A stretch of 64,000 nucleotides of DNA from Sulfitobacter sp. (GCA_051252035.1 JBPOFE010000001.1:7694-71693); one strand, 5' to 3'; shown: positions 42,078 through 50,802, counted from the stretch's first letter. The notes: a model not told the origin generated them from the sequence alone. A program made the numbers and translations.

Positions 42078-43250
42078 ATGCGCTCCATTCTGTTTGCCGC
42101 GGCTCTTATGACCGCACCAGTCACCGCCCTTGCTGAGACCCCCTGCGGTGGCCCCTTTTCCGCATTTGTCGATGCTCTCAAAACCGAAGCGATTGCCTCC
42201 GGGATCACACCCACCACTGCCGATGCATTCTTTGCCAATATCACCTTAGATCCCGCAGTCATACGCGCTGATCAGAAGCAGGGTGTGTTTCAACTGCCCT
42301 TTGTCGATTTTTCGCAGCGTCTGATTTCTGCAGACCGTATCAACCGTGGCCGATCAAATGGTCAGAAGTACGACGCCATCTTTGATAGGATTGAGGCTGA
42401 ATTTGGCGTGGACCGGGGTGTACTGCTGGCCTTCTGGGCTTTTGAGACGGATTACGGCACCTTTCAGGGCGATTTCAACACGGCCAACGCGCTGGTGACA
42501 CTGGCCCATGATTGCCGCCGCCCTGAACTTTTCCGCCCGCAAGTCATTGCCGCGATGGAACTTTACGCACGGGGCGATTTCAATCCATCCACCACCACCG
42601 GGGCTTGGGCTGGCGAAATTGGCATGGTGCAGATGTTGCCATACGATATCTTGGAAAACGGCACGGATGGCGATGGCGATGGCAAAGTGTCTCTCAAAAC
42701 CTCTGCCGCGGATGCGCTGATGTCAGGCGGAAAGATGCTGCAAAGCCTTGGGTGGCGTGCGGGCGAACCGTGGTTGGCCGAAGTCACTTTGCCCGATGAT
42801 CTGGATTGGTCACAGACCGGATTGGAAACCACGAAACCCATCTCGGAATGGTCCGCCCTTGGTGTCACCCCGCGCAATGGTCCGCTGGCTGAGGGGCTCG
42901 AAGGGTCTGTTCTGATCCCTCAAGGGCGTAACGGCCCAGCCTTTATCGCCTATCCGAATTTTCGTGTCTATTTTGAATGGAATCAGAGTTTTACCTATGT
43001 CATGACAGCCGCCTACTTTGCCACCCGCCTGCAAGGCGCAAAGGTGTATGACGTGGGCAATCCAGACAAGGGGCTAAATGGCGATCAGATGCGGACCCTA
43101 CAAACCCGGCTGCAAGACATGGGCTATGATGTGGGGGGTGTCGACGGTATCTTGGGTTCCGGCACCCGCGCGGCTGTGCGTGCCGAACAAACGCGGTTGG
43201 GCATGCCCGTCGACGGTTGGCCCACACCAGAATTGCTCTCCAGGCTCTGA
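42078..43250 (+). CDS. Lytic murein transglycosylase (MltB/SLT_2) with peptidoglycan-binding domain
   Basis: Signal peptide; WAFETDYG, GAWAGEIGMVQ; C-terminal VDGILGSGTRAA. Confidence 0.92.
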   Translation: MRSILFAAALMTAPVTALAETPCGGPFSAFVDALKTEAIASGITPTTADAFFANITLDPAVIRADQKQGVFQLPFVDFSQRLISADRINRGRSNGQKYDAIFDRIEAEFGVDRGVLLAFWAFETDYGTFQGDFNTANALVTLAHDCRRPELFRPQVIAAMELYARGDFNPSTTTGAWAGEIGMVQMLPYDILENGTDGDGDGKVSLKTSAADALMSGGKMLQSLGWRAGEPWLAEVTLPDDLDWSQTGLETTKPISEWSALGVTPRNGPLAEGLEGSVLIPQGRNGPAFIAYPNFRVYFEWNQSFTYVMTAAYFATRLQGAKVYDVGNPDKGLNGDQMRTLQTRLQDMGYDVGGVDGILGSGTRAAVRAEQTRLGMPVDGWPTPELLSRL

Positions 43251-43264
43251 CACAGGAAACGCGC

Positions 43265-43660
43265 ATGGCCTTGAAAGTATCAGCCGCCCAGATGGTTGCG
43301 GACGCCCGCGCCCGGATCGAGGAAATCGAAACAGCCGTCGGAATTGCAATGGTGGATGACCCATCTATTCAGATCGTCGACCTGCGCGACCCACGTGAAC
43401 GCGCACGCAGTGGCTTTATTCCCGGCAGTTTCCATTGTCCGCGCGGTATGCTGGAATTCTGGGTTGACCCCGACAGTCCCTATTTCAAAGATGTGTTTGC
43501 GCAGGATAAGAGATTTGTCTTTCACTGCGCCTCCGGCTGGCGCTCCGCCATTTCGGTGGCCACATTGCAAGACATGGGCTTTGACGCGGCACATTTGAAA
43601 GACGGGTTTGGCGGCTGGGCAAAGGCCGGTGGGCCAATCGAAAAGGATGCGCCGAGGTAA
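43265..43660 (+). CDS. Rhodanese-like domain protein
   Basis: VDLRDPRE, GSFHCPRG, HCASGWRS, LKDGFGGW. Confidence 0.92.
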   Translation: MALKVSAAQMVADARARIEEIETAVGIAMVDDPSIQIVDLRDPRERARSGFIPGSFHCPRGMLEFWVDPDSPYFKDVFAQDKRFVFHCASGWRSAISVATLQDMGFDAAHLKDGFGGWAKAGGPIEKDAPR

Positions 43661-43672
43661 GGTTTCGTTAAC
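43657..43672 (+). promoter_or_regulatory. CtrA-like box (1 mismatch)
   Basis: GTAA-GGTTTCG-TTAAC, about 20 bp upstream of the sRNA promoter. Confidence 0.4.
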
Positions 43673-43690
43673 CATACCGTACGGTGAATA

Positions 43691-43719
43691 ATTGCAATTT
43701 GGCGCGATTTGAGCTATAT
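43691..43719 (+). promoter_or_regulatory. Sigma70-type promoter of candidate sRNA
   Basis: ATTGCA-N17-CTATAT versus the rhizobial RpoD consensus CTTGAC-N17-CTATAT. Confidence 0.6.
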
Positions 43720-43725
43720 CTAAGG

Positions 43726-43806
43726 CATCGGAAGGGAAAATCTTTCAATAGATCATCTCTAAGAACGACGCCGCAGAGGTCTAGCTCTGCGGGGTCACTC
43801 TTTTTC
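43726..43806 (+). ncRNA. Candidate ~80-nt sRNA (putative antitoxin RNA)
   Basis: Bounded by a promoter and a terminator; no plausible + strand CDS; 5' end approximate. Confidence 0.5.
43767..43805. terminator. Hairpin shared by convergent sRNA and peptide transcripts
   Basis: GAC-G-CCGCAGAG-gtctag-CTCTGCGG-G-GTC then ACTCTTTTT on +; followed by GTTCTT on -. Confidence 0.75.
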
Positions 43807-43812
43807 AGGGAA

Positions 43813-43896
43813 TTACACCCAGAGCCGGATGATCGTCACAACCAGCGTTGCCGCCGCGATGATGACCATCCAATTTCGGAAGGTTGAATCATCCAA
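43813..43896 (-). CDS. 27-aa single-TM peptide MDDSTFRNWMVIIAAATLVVTIIRLWV (type I toxin-like)
   Basis: GAGGAGGTG SD at 43911-43903, 6 nt before TTG at 43896; TAA at 43815-43813; hydrophobic core. Confidence 0.7.
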   Translation of the reverse strand: MDDSTFRNWMVIIAAATLVVTIIRLWV

Positions 43897-43973
43897 TTCA
43901 ATCACCTCCTCACACCGCGAAGCGTCGCGGGTGAAGTCAAATTAGATTTGAAATGTTCGGATATCGTTAATCA

Positions 43974-44321
43974 TCAGGGACGCACCGGATATCGACCACC
44001 ATCCTCGGTCAACAACACCAAACGCCCATGGCTATGCACAAATATGTCACATCGCTGACGTCCGTTGGTAAATGTGACACAGACCTCGCCGTCGGGTTTG
44101 ATATCAAAGTGCCCAAATGCCGTCGCCCCACTTTCATAGGAATAGCTATAAGCGCCGCCGACCGAGTATCTTGACTGACCACCCTCATAAAACCTCAGCA
44201 CACGACCCGCCGTCAGCGCGACAACCTGCTCTCGTGCCAACACAGTATCCCCCTCAAGCCGTGCGAAACCATCCGCAAAAACGCAGGTCGGCAGCAGGAT
44301 TAAAGCCAATAAAAGTCGCAT
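43974..44321 (-). CDS. Hypothetical secreted protein
   Basis: Signal peptide MRLLLALILLPTCVFA; directly downstream of smc. Confidence 0.75.
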   Translation of the reverse strand: MRLLLALILLPTCVFADGFARLEGDTVLAREQVVALTAGRVLRFYEGGQSRYSVGGAYSYSYESGATAFGHFDIKPDGEVCVTFTNGRQRCDIFVHSHGRLVLLTEDGGRYPVRP

Positions 44322-44363
44322 CTGAAAACGCTAACGCAGGTGCCGATCAATAGCCACTGACGA

Positions 44364-47300
44364 TCACGCGACCAGTGTTTCGGCGGCTTTCAGATCAACG
44401 GAAACCAATTGACTCACACCCTGCTCGGCCATGGTCACCCCAAACAACCGATCCATCCGCGCCATCGTCACCGCATGGTGCGTGATGATCAAAAACCGCG
44501 TATCAGTCTGGCGACACATCTCGTCGAGCAGATCACAAAACCGCGTCACGTTGGCATCATCCAAAGGCGCATCCACCTCATCCAACACACAGATTGGCGC
44601 CGGGTTGGCGAGGAACACTGCAAAGATCAACGCCATCGCTGTCAACGTCTGCTCCCCCCCACTCAGCAAGCTGAGCGTGCTCAATTTCTTGCCGGGTGGT
44701 TGGCACATGATTTCCAAACCTGCCTCAAGCGGATCATCGGATTCGACCATCACCAGATTGGCCTCACCACCACCAAACAGATGTGTAAAGAGCAATGAGA
44801 AATTGGAATTCACTTGCTCAAATGCCGTCAACAAGCGCTCCCGCCCCTCTCGGTTTAGGCTTGCAATACCGCTGCGTAGTGCCTTGATTGCCTCTTCCAG
44901 ATCAGCCTTTTCGGTGGTCAGATTATCATGTTCTTCCTGTACGTCCTTCGCGTCTTCTTCGGCGCGCAGGTTCACCGCCCCAAGCGCGTCACGCTGACGC
45001 TTCAGACGGTTCACATCGGCCTCTAGTGCATCCGCCCCGGGCATCTGATCGGGATTCACATCCAATGCTGTCAGCAATTGATTTGGCGTGACCTGCTGGT
45101 CTTCGGCAATCCGCTCTGCCGCCGCTGCAACAGTCTCTTTTGCGGCCTCTGCACGGGCCTCTGATCGCGCGCGGGCTTCGCGAGCCTCTGATGCCTGCCG
45201 CTCTGCATCACGCTCGGTCAACGTCGCCTCACGCAACGTACTCTCGCCAACCGACAGATTGTCTGCCGCCTCTGCACGCCGGGCTTCGGCTGCCCCAATG
45301 GCATCGCTCAACTCATCGCGCTTGGCGGCGATCTCGGCTGGTGCAGCGCTTGCTTCTTTCAGCTCTGCCTCTGATGTGGCTTTGCGCTCGACCAGCTCCG
45401 CAGTACGCTTTTCCGCTGTTTCCAAGCGGTGCCGCCAGCCACTGATTTCCTTTGTGACTTCTTGCGACCGTTTGGTTCGCGCCTCACCTTCACGACGTAA
45501 TTCATCGTGAGCAGACCGCCGCGACATCATGGTAATCCGCGCGGCCTCAACGGTCATACGGATATCGTCGACGCTGGCCCGCGCCTCCGTCAGATCGCCA
45601 AGATCGGCCAGCGCTCGTTCTGCTTCAAGCACGCGGCCGCGCGCCGCCATCGCCTCGTCTTCATGGCGTTTTACCGCCAAACCAAGACTCTCCAATCGAC
45701 CCTCTGCCAAATTGCGATCCGCCTCTGCACGGCTCAAGGCACGGCCGGCATCCGCAACCATACGGTCCGCATCTCGGCGGGCCTCGCGCGCGCGTTTGTC
45801 AGCCTCTGATTGTTCCGCCAATGTCCGCGTCAGGGTTTCATGCGCTGACCTTGCCCCCTCCGCCCGCTGGCTGGCCTGCTCAAGCGATTGTTTGAGAACT
45901 TCCAGACGGTTCAACTGCTGCAAACGCAAAGCCGCCGCCGATGGCGCATCTTCGGCCCATGCCCGAAAGCCATCCCACCGCCACAAATCACCTTCAGGCG
46001 ATACCAAGCGTTGCCCCGGCAGAAGCTGATGTTGCAGGCGCGGACCATCATCCGGGTCAACCAGCCCGATCTGCCCCATGCGTCGTATCAAGACATCTGG
46101 CACCGACACATGTTGCGTCAGTGGTGTGACGCCTGCCGGCAACGGTTGTGGCATCTCATAGCCCGTCAAAACCGCCCAGCCAGATGGCCCATCTGCCTCA
46201 ACCTGTGGCGCGCGCAGATCATCTGCCAGCGCGGCCCCCAGCGCCTTTTCAAAGCCATGCTCAACCTGCAAACGGTCCAATATCTGGCCACCCTCAGCGG
46301 TATCGCGTTCCACCAATTTGGCCAGCGCACCCGCCTCGGCCCGCAACGCATTCATCTCGCCTTCGGCCTCTGACCGTTCGGCGCGCGCGTCCGCTTCTCG
46401 TGCTTGCGTTTCGGCGCGCGAAGTCTCTGCGTTCAACAGTGCAGTATCGGCTGCCTCTGCCGCCGCAACCGCTGTTGCTTCTGCGGTCTGGGCATCGGCA
46501 AAATCCACGCCCGCTTTCTCAAGTGCTGCCCGACTCTGCGCCACAGCTTCTTGTGCCTTTAACGCCTCAGCCTCGGACTTGTCTTGCGTTTTACGACTGT
46601 CCTCCAACAACCGCTCCGCCGATCCATGCCGGGCGATCAACCGCGCCACGTCCTCGGTCTGTTGTGATAGATCACCTTCGCGGGCCTGCAACACCGCCGC
46701 CGCTTCTCGCGCGGCTTCGGACGCAGCTTCTAACGCGGTTCCATGGCCTTCACCTGCCTTGGCAAGCTCACGGGCTTCCCACTCAAGCCGTTCGATGGTT
46801 TCACCAGCGTCTTTGTTCAACCCACCTTCACGCTCAATGTCCCGTGCCAGTTGCGCGATCCGCCCGGTCAATGTTTCAATCGTCGCCAACGCACGCGCTT
46901 CCTGATCACTCAGGGTGTCACGCTGAACCGCCAACCGCTGCAATACCGCTGCTGCAATCGCTTCTTCCTCACGCAGCGCAGGCAACGCATCTTCGGCCAC
47001 CTGCCGCGCCTTCGCCGTCACCTGAACCACACCTTGCGCCTGTGCCGCAGCAGTCACACGGGCACGCAGTTCTTCATCCGCCTTGGAACGGGCATCATCA
47101 GCCTCTCGCCAACGCCGATAAAGCAACATACCTTCGGTTTTGCGCAGGCCATCACCGATTTCGCGATACCGCGCCGCCTGACGCGCCTGGCGCGCCAATT
47201 GTGCCAATTGCGCGGCCAGTTGTTCGATCACATCGTCAACACGCGCCAAATTCACCTCTGCCGCGTTCAGCTTTAACTCTGCCTCATGGCGGCGTTGATA

Positions 47301-47819
47301 GAGCCCCGAAATCCCTGCGGCTTCTTCCAGAATACGACGGCGGTTCTTGGGCTTGGCATTGATTAACTCGGCGATCTGGCCCTGTCGCACCAATGCGGGG
47401 CTGTGCGCACCGGTGGACGCATCGGCGAACAGCATCTGCACATCGCGCGCGCGCACGTCTTTACCTGCGGCCTTATAAGCGCTGCCGGCATCGCGGGTGA
47501 TCCGGCGCACAATCTCAAGCGTATCTGTGTCGTTGAAACCCGCCGGGGCCAACCGCTCTGTATTATCAATATGCAATGCTACTTCGGCAAAGTTGCGCGC
47601 GGGCCGGGTTGCAGCCCCGGCAAAAATCACATCTTCCATCCCACCACCGCGCATCGCCGTGGGGCGGTTTTCACCCATGACCCAGCGTAGCGCCTCAAGC
47701 AGATTGGATTTGCCACAGCCATTCGGCCCCACAACGCCAGTCAGACCATCAGCGATGATCAGGTCAGTTGGGTCCACAAAGCTTTTAAAGCCTGTCAGTC
47801 TGAGTTTGGAAAAGCGCAA
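44364..47819 (-). CDS. smc: Chromosome segregation protein SMC
   Basis: GPNGCGKSN Walker A, coiled coils, hinge, LSGGE signature, LDEVDAPLD. Confidence 0.98.
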   Translation of the reverse strand: MRFSKLRLTGFKSFVDPTDLIIADGLTGVVGPNGCGKSNLLEALRWVMGENRPTAMRGGGMEDVIFAGAATRPARNFAEVALHIDNTERLAPAGFNDTDTLEIVRRITRDAGSAYKAAGKDVRARDVQMLFADASTGAHSPALVRQGQIAELINAKPKNRRRILEEAAGISGLYQRRHEAELKLNAAEVNLARVDDVIEQLAAQLAQLARQARQAARYREIGDGLRKTEGMLLYRRWREADDARSKADEELRARVTAAAQAQGVVQVTAKARQVAEDALPALREEEAIAAAVLQRLAVQRDTLSDQEARALATIETLTGRIAQLARDIEREGGLNKDAGETIERLEWEARELAKAGEGHGTALEAASEAAREAAAVLQAREGDLSQQTEDVARLIARHGSAERLLEDSRKTQDKSEAEALKAQEAVAQSRAALEKAGVDFADAQTAEATAVAAAEAADTALLNAETSRAETQAREADARAERSEAEGEMNALRAEAGALAKLVERDTAEGGQILDRLQVEHGFEKALGAALADDLRAPQVEADGPSGWAVLTGYEMPQPLPAGVTPLTQHVSVPDVLIRRMGQIGLVDPDDGPRLQHQLLPGQRLVSPEGDLWRWDGFRAWAEDAPSAAALRLQQLNRLEVLKQSLEQASQRAEGARSAHETLTRTLAEQSEADKRAREARRDADRMVADAGRALSRAEADRNLAEGRLESLGLAVKRHEDEAMAARGRVLEAERALADLGDLTEARASVDDIRMTVEAARITMMSRRSAHDELRREGEARTKRSQEVTKEISGWRHRLETAEKRTAELVERKATSEAELKEASAAPAEIAAKRDELSDAIGAAEARRAEAADNLSVGESTLREATLTERDAERQASEAREARARSEARAEAAKETVAAAAERIAEDQQVTPNQLLTALDVNPDQMPGADALEADVNRLKRQRDALGAVNLRAEEDAKDVQEEHDNLTTEKADLEEAIKALRSGIASLNREGRERLLTAFEQVNSNFSLLFTHLFGGGEANLVMVESDDPLEAGLEIMCQPPGKKLSTLSLLSGGEQTLTAMALIFAVFLANPAPICVLDEVDAPLDDANVTRFCDLLDEMCRQTDTRFLIITHHAVTMARMDRLFGVTMAEQGVSQLVSVDLKAAETLVA

Positions 47820-47919
47820 ATACTGCGATGCTCCGATGATTCCATTGCTCAGGCGAAAATGACGGGCCAGACCCCCTTAAGTCAACCAAATCACACCAAG
47901 GAAAGCGGTATATCGGCGG

Positions 47920-47928
47920 TTATCCACA
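47920..47928 (+). promoter_or_regulatory. Perfect DnaA box upstream of smc
   Basis: TTATCCACA. Confidence 0.55.
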
Positions 47929-47939
47929 ATATATTGCGG
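47924..47939. promoter_or_regulatory. NrdR-box-like palindrome upstream of smc
   Basis: CCACAATATATTGCGG, 13/16 match to acaCwAtATaTwGtgt. Confidence 0.45.
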
Positions 47940-47941
47940 TT

Positions 47942-48343
47942 TTAGGCAGGATAGCAGTCCAGATCGACACTCACCTGTCCCACACCACGCAATTTAGTGC
48001 CACGCACAGGGATGCAATCAAGCGGTTGTGGTGTGATCTGCTCTCGAGGCGCGCCTTTACCACAATCAAGCAATCCAGTGGCCAATGCTTGATCCCCACG
48101 TACTTCCTTCACCTTACATCCGCTGACCTGTGCCATAGCGATGCCCGCGCGCGCTCTGATCGGCCCAAACCGCGGGGCGTATTGCACATTGACGCGCATG
48201 GCTTCGGCCAGATTGTCACGCACGCGAACGTCGAACACGGACCCCTCTACCGTCACACGGGTCGCAGGCAAACCGCGAAAGTGCGGGCCAGCGGTGTTAC
48301 AGGCGGCAAGACAAAGACAGCAGAGAAGCAAGATTTTCAGCAT
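47942..48343 (-). CDS. Hypothetical lipoprotein
   Basis: MLKILLLCCLCLAAC lipobox; Cys-containing body. Confidence 0.75.
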   Translation of the reverse strand: MLKILLLCCLCLAACNTAGPHFRGLPATRVTVEGSVFDVRVRDNLAEAMRVNVQYAPRFGPIRARAGIAMAQVSGCKVKEVRGDQALATGLLDCGKGAPREQITPQPLDCIPVRGTKLRGVGQVSVDLDCYPA

Positions 48344-48405
48344 TCCCCAGTGTCGCGCGCCTATGGTTAACATCTCCTTACCAGACCACTTTTACATAAA
48401 ACCAA

Positions 48406-48441
48406 TTGCCGCTCGGCACCGCTGGTCATATAATTTGACCA
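48406..48441 (+). promoter_or_regulatory. Promoter with overlapping FadR-family operator
   Basis: TTGCCG-N17-TATAAT; palindrome TGGTCA-TATAATT-TGACCA at 48423-48441 covers the -10. Confidence 0.7.
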
Positions 48442-48456
48442 ATTCAAGGAGACACC

Positions 48457-49224
48457 ATGCCGTTTCGCCCTGTCACCCAAGAAAAGCTATCCCACGCTGT
48501 GATCGCCCAGATCGAACAGCTGATCCTGCGCGGTATCCTGCGGCCAGGCGAACGGTTACCTGCAGAGCGCGAACTGGCAGAGCGGCTTGGTGTGTCGCGG
48601 CCATCTCTGCGTGATGCGGTGTCGCAACTGCAGACCGCAGGATTGCTCAGCACGAAACCGGGCGCTGGCATCTATGTCGCCGATGTTCTGGGCAGTGCTT
48701 TTTCGCCCGCGTTGATTGATCTGTTTGCCCGTCACGATGAGGCGGTATTCGATTACCTATCGTTCCGCCGTGACATGGAAGGTCTGGCGGCAGAGCGCGC
48801 AGCGCGTCTGGGCTCTGACACTGATCTGGCCGTGGTGCAGACCGTTTTCAATAAAATGGAAGCCGCGCACACGAAGCGCGACGCGGCGGAAGAGGCACAA
48901 CTCGACGCGCAATTTCACATGGCAATTGTTGAGGCCAGCCATAATGTCGTGATGCTGCACATGATGCGGTCGATGTATGAACTGCTGCGCGGCGGGGTGT
49001 TTTACAATCGACAGATGATGTTCAAACAACGCACCAGCCGATCGGCATTATTGGATCAACACCGCGCAATAAACGCCGCGTTGCAGGCCCGTGACCCGGC
49101 CGCTGCACGGGCGTCGATTGAAGCGCATTTAAACTATGTGGCCGCGGCGCTGACAGATCAACAAAAGGCCGACCGCAACGAAGAGATTGCACGCCAACGG
49201 TTGCAGCATGAGAACGGTGGTTAA
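48457..49224 (+). CDS. FadR/GntR-family regulator with FCD domain (GlcC/LldR/PdhR-like)
   Basis: GERLPAERELAERLGVSRPSLR HTH; LDAQFHMAIVEASHN. Confidence 0.92.
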   Translation: MPFRPVTQEKLSHAVIAQIEQLILRGILRPGERLPAERELAERLGVSRPSLRDAVSQLQTAGLLSTKPGAGIYVADVLGSAFSPALIDLFARHDEAVFDYLSFRRDMEGLAAERAARLGSDTDLAVVQTVFNKMEAAHTKRDAAEEAQLDAQFHMAIVEASHNVVMLHMMRSMYELLRGGVFYNRQMMFKQRTSRSALLDQHRAINAALQARDPAAARASIEAHLNYVAAALTDQQKADRNEEIARQRLQHENGG

Positions 49225-49245
49225 AGCCTACGCCATTTTCAAAGA

Positions 49246-49272
49246 AAAACCCCGGCCAATTACCGGGGTTTT
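49246..49272. terminator. Bidirectional terminator between FCD regulator and atpF
   Basis: AAAACCCCGG-ccaatta-CCGGGGTTTT. Confidence 0.88.
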
Positions 49273-49297
49273 CCAATTCATAAGATGAAATCAAACC

Positions 49298-49858
49298 TTA
49301 ATGCAGCTTGGCATCCACCTCAGCAATTGCATCATCAATCAGCTTGTTACCGTCAGCGGCTGACATCTGCTTGGCGATCACGTCACGTGCCGCGGCAACG
49401 GCGATCACCACCGCCTGATCACGCACTTCTTTGACCGCAGCGGCCTGAGCGGAGCCAATTTGTTCCTCTGCAGCAGCCATGCGGCGCTCCAGTGATTTTG
49501 CCAGATCGGCACGCGCCTGTTCGGCGGCAACATTGGCTTCTTCTTTGGCAGCGGAAACAATACGATCCGCCTGGTCCTGCACTTCTTTTTGCTTGCGTTC
49601 GTATGAGGCGAGCAAAGTCTGCGCTTCTTCACGCAATGTGCGGGCTTCTTCCAGCTCGGACTTGATGCCATCGGCACGTTTGTCCAGCATACCGCCCAAC
49701 AGGCCCGGTACTTTGAAATAGAAAAGCACCGCGATGAACAAGATGAACGCCAAGAGCACAACAAAGTCGGTGTTCTTGAGTGAAAAGAAAACATCGCCTG
49801 CGGCAAATGCCGGTGACGCAACCAAAGCGGTCAACAAAATCGAAAGGGTTAAACGCAT
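49298..49858 (-). CDS. atpF: ATP synthase F0 subunit b
   Basis: NTDFVVLLAF TM plus coiled coil; last gene of the F0 operon. Confidence 0.95.
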   Translation of the reverse strand: MRLTLSILLTALVASPAFAAGDVFFSLKNTDFVVLLAFILFIAVLFYFKVPGLLGGMLDKRADGIKSELEEARTLREEAQTLLASYERKQKEVQDQADRIVSAAKEEANVAAEQARADLAKSLERRMAAAEEQIGSAQAAAVKEVRDQAVVIAVAAARDVIAKQMSAADGNKLIDDAIAEVDAKLH

Positions 49859-49862
49859 GGTG

Positions 49863-50423
49863 TTATCCTTTCATCCGTGCTGTCACAGCGGCGGTGACGG
49901 TTTTGGCATCTGCCTTACCACCCATCGCTGTAATGATTTCTTTCGCGGTATCCTTGGCCACAACTTTGACGTTCTCAAGCGCGCTTGCACGAATGTCAGA
50001 GATTGCTTTTTCCGATTCAGCAGCTTTCGCGGCAATCTCGGCGTCTGCCTTGGATATGGCCACGTCCAGATCGGCTTGGATATCTGCTTTGGCCTGCGCA
50101 ACGATGTTCTGCGCTTCAGCGCGGGCATCAAGCAGAGCCTTGTCGTAGGCCGCCTCAGCTTCAATAGCTTTGGCTTTCAAGTCTTCAGCCGCGGCGATGT
50201 CATTGGTGATCGTGCCCTGACGCTCCGCCAGAACCGCACCAATACGCGGCAAAGCCACGCGTGACAGAATAAAATAGGTCGCGATCAGCGCAAGGATCAG
50301 CCAGAAAACCTGATTTCCCCAAGTGGAAAAATCGAGCTGTGGCATGCCCGGTGTGCTGGCATGTTCAGCCATATCAACGCCAATGGCGTCGGCCAAACCA
50401 TCGCTTTGTGTTTCAGTTGCCAT
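49863..50423 (-). CDS. atpF2: ATP synthase F0 subunit b'
   Basis: [17 protein letters not shown]. Confidence 0.95.
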   Translation of the reverse strand: MATETQSDGLADAIGVDMAEHASTPGMPQLDFSTWGNQVFWLILALIATYFILSRVALPRIGAVLAERQGTITNDIAAAEDLKAKAIEAEAAYDKALLDARAEAQNIVAQAKADIQADLDVAISKADAEIAAKAAESEKAISDIRASALENVKVVAKDTAKEIITAMGGKADAKTVTAAVTARMKG

Positions 50424-50454
50424 TTTGGCTTCTCCTTGGAAACTTGAACGTCCG

Positions 50455-50486
50455 GGCGGGCAGTGACGCTAGCGCGACTGCCCGCC
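50455..50486. other. Strong intercistronic stem-loop between atpE and atpF2
   Basis: GGCGGGCAGT-N12-ACTGCCCGCC perfect 10-bp stem. Confidence 0.65.
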
Positions 50487-50509
50487 AGAAAGAATGTCAG
50501 TTCCGAGGA

Positions 50510-50734
50510 TTAAACAGCGAACATCAACAGCAGAGCAACGAGGAACGCGAAGATCCCCAAGGCTTCTGCAAAGGCGATGCCGATGAAAAGTGTGGCTGTC
50601 TGACCGGCGGCTGCCGATGGGTTGCGCAATGCGCCGGACAAGAAGTTGCCAGCAACATTACCAACACCGATGGCTGCTGCCCCGGAACCGATTGCTGCCA
50701 GACCTGCGCCGATGTGTGCGAGTTCGCCTTCCAT
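50510..50734 (-). CDS. atpE: ATP synthase F0 subunit c
   Basis: [19 protein letters not shown]. Confidence 0.98.
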   Translation of the reverse strand: MEGELAHIGAGLAAIGSGAAAIGVGNVAGNFLSGALRNPSAAAGQTATLFIGIAFAEALGIFAFLVALLLMFAV

Positions 50735-50802
50735 GTGAATTCTCCTATTAGGTTGGAAGTTGAGTATTAGGACGGGTTATGTCGCCCGAATGGATAATGT
50801 CG

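Noticed and set aside
43684-43887. 67-aa plus-strand ORF over the TA-like locus
   Set aside because: GTG start with no RBS, upstream of the predicted TSS, and it crosses a terminator; the minus-strand 27-aa ORF has far better signals
46148-47362. 404-aa plus-strand ORF and other long ORFs within smc
   Set aside because: Antisense shadows of a GC-rich, Ala/Arg/Glu-repetitive gene; Pro/Arg/His-rich, no motifs, no RBS
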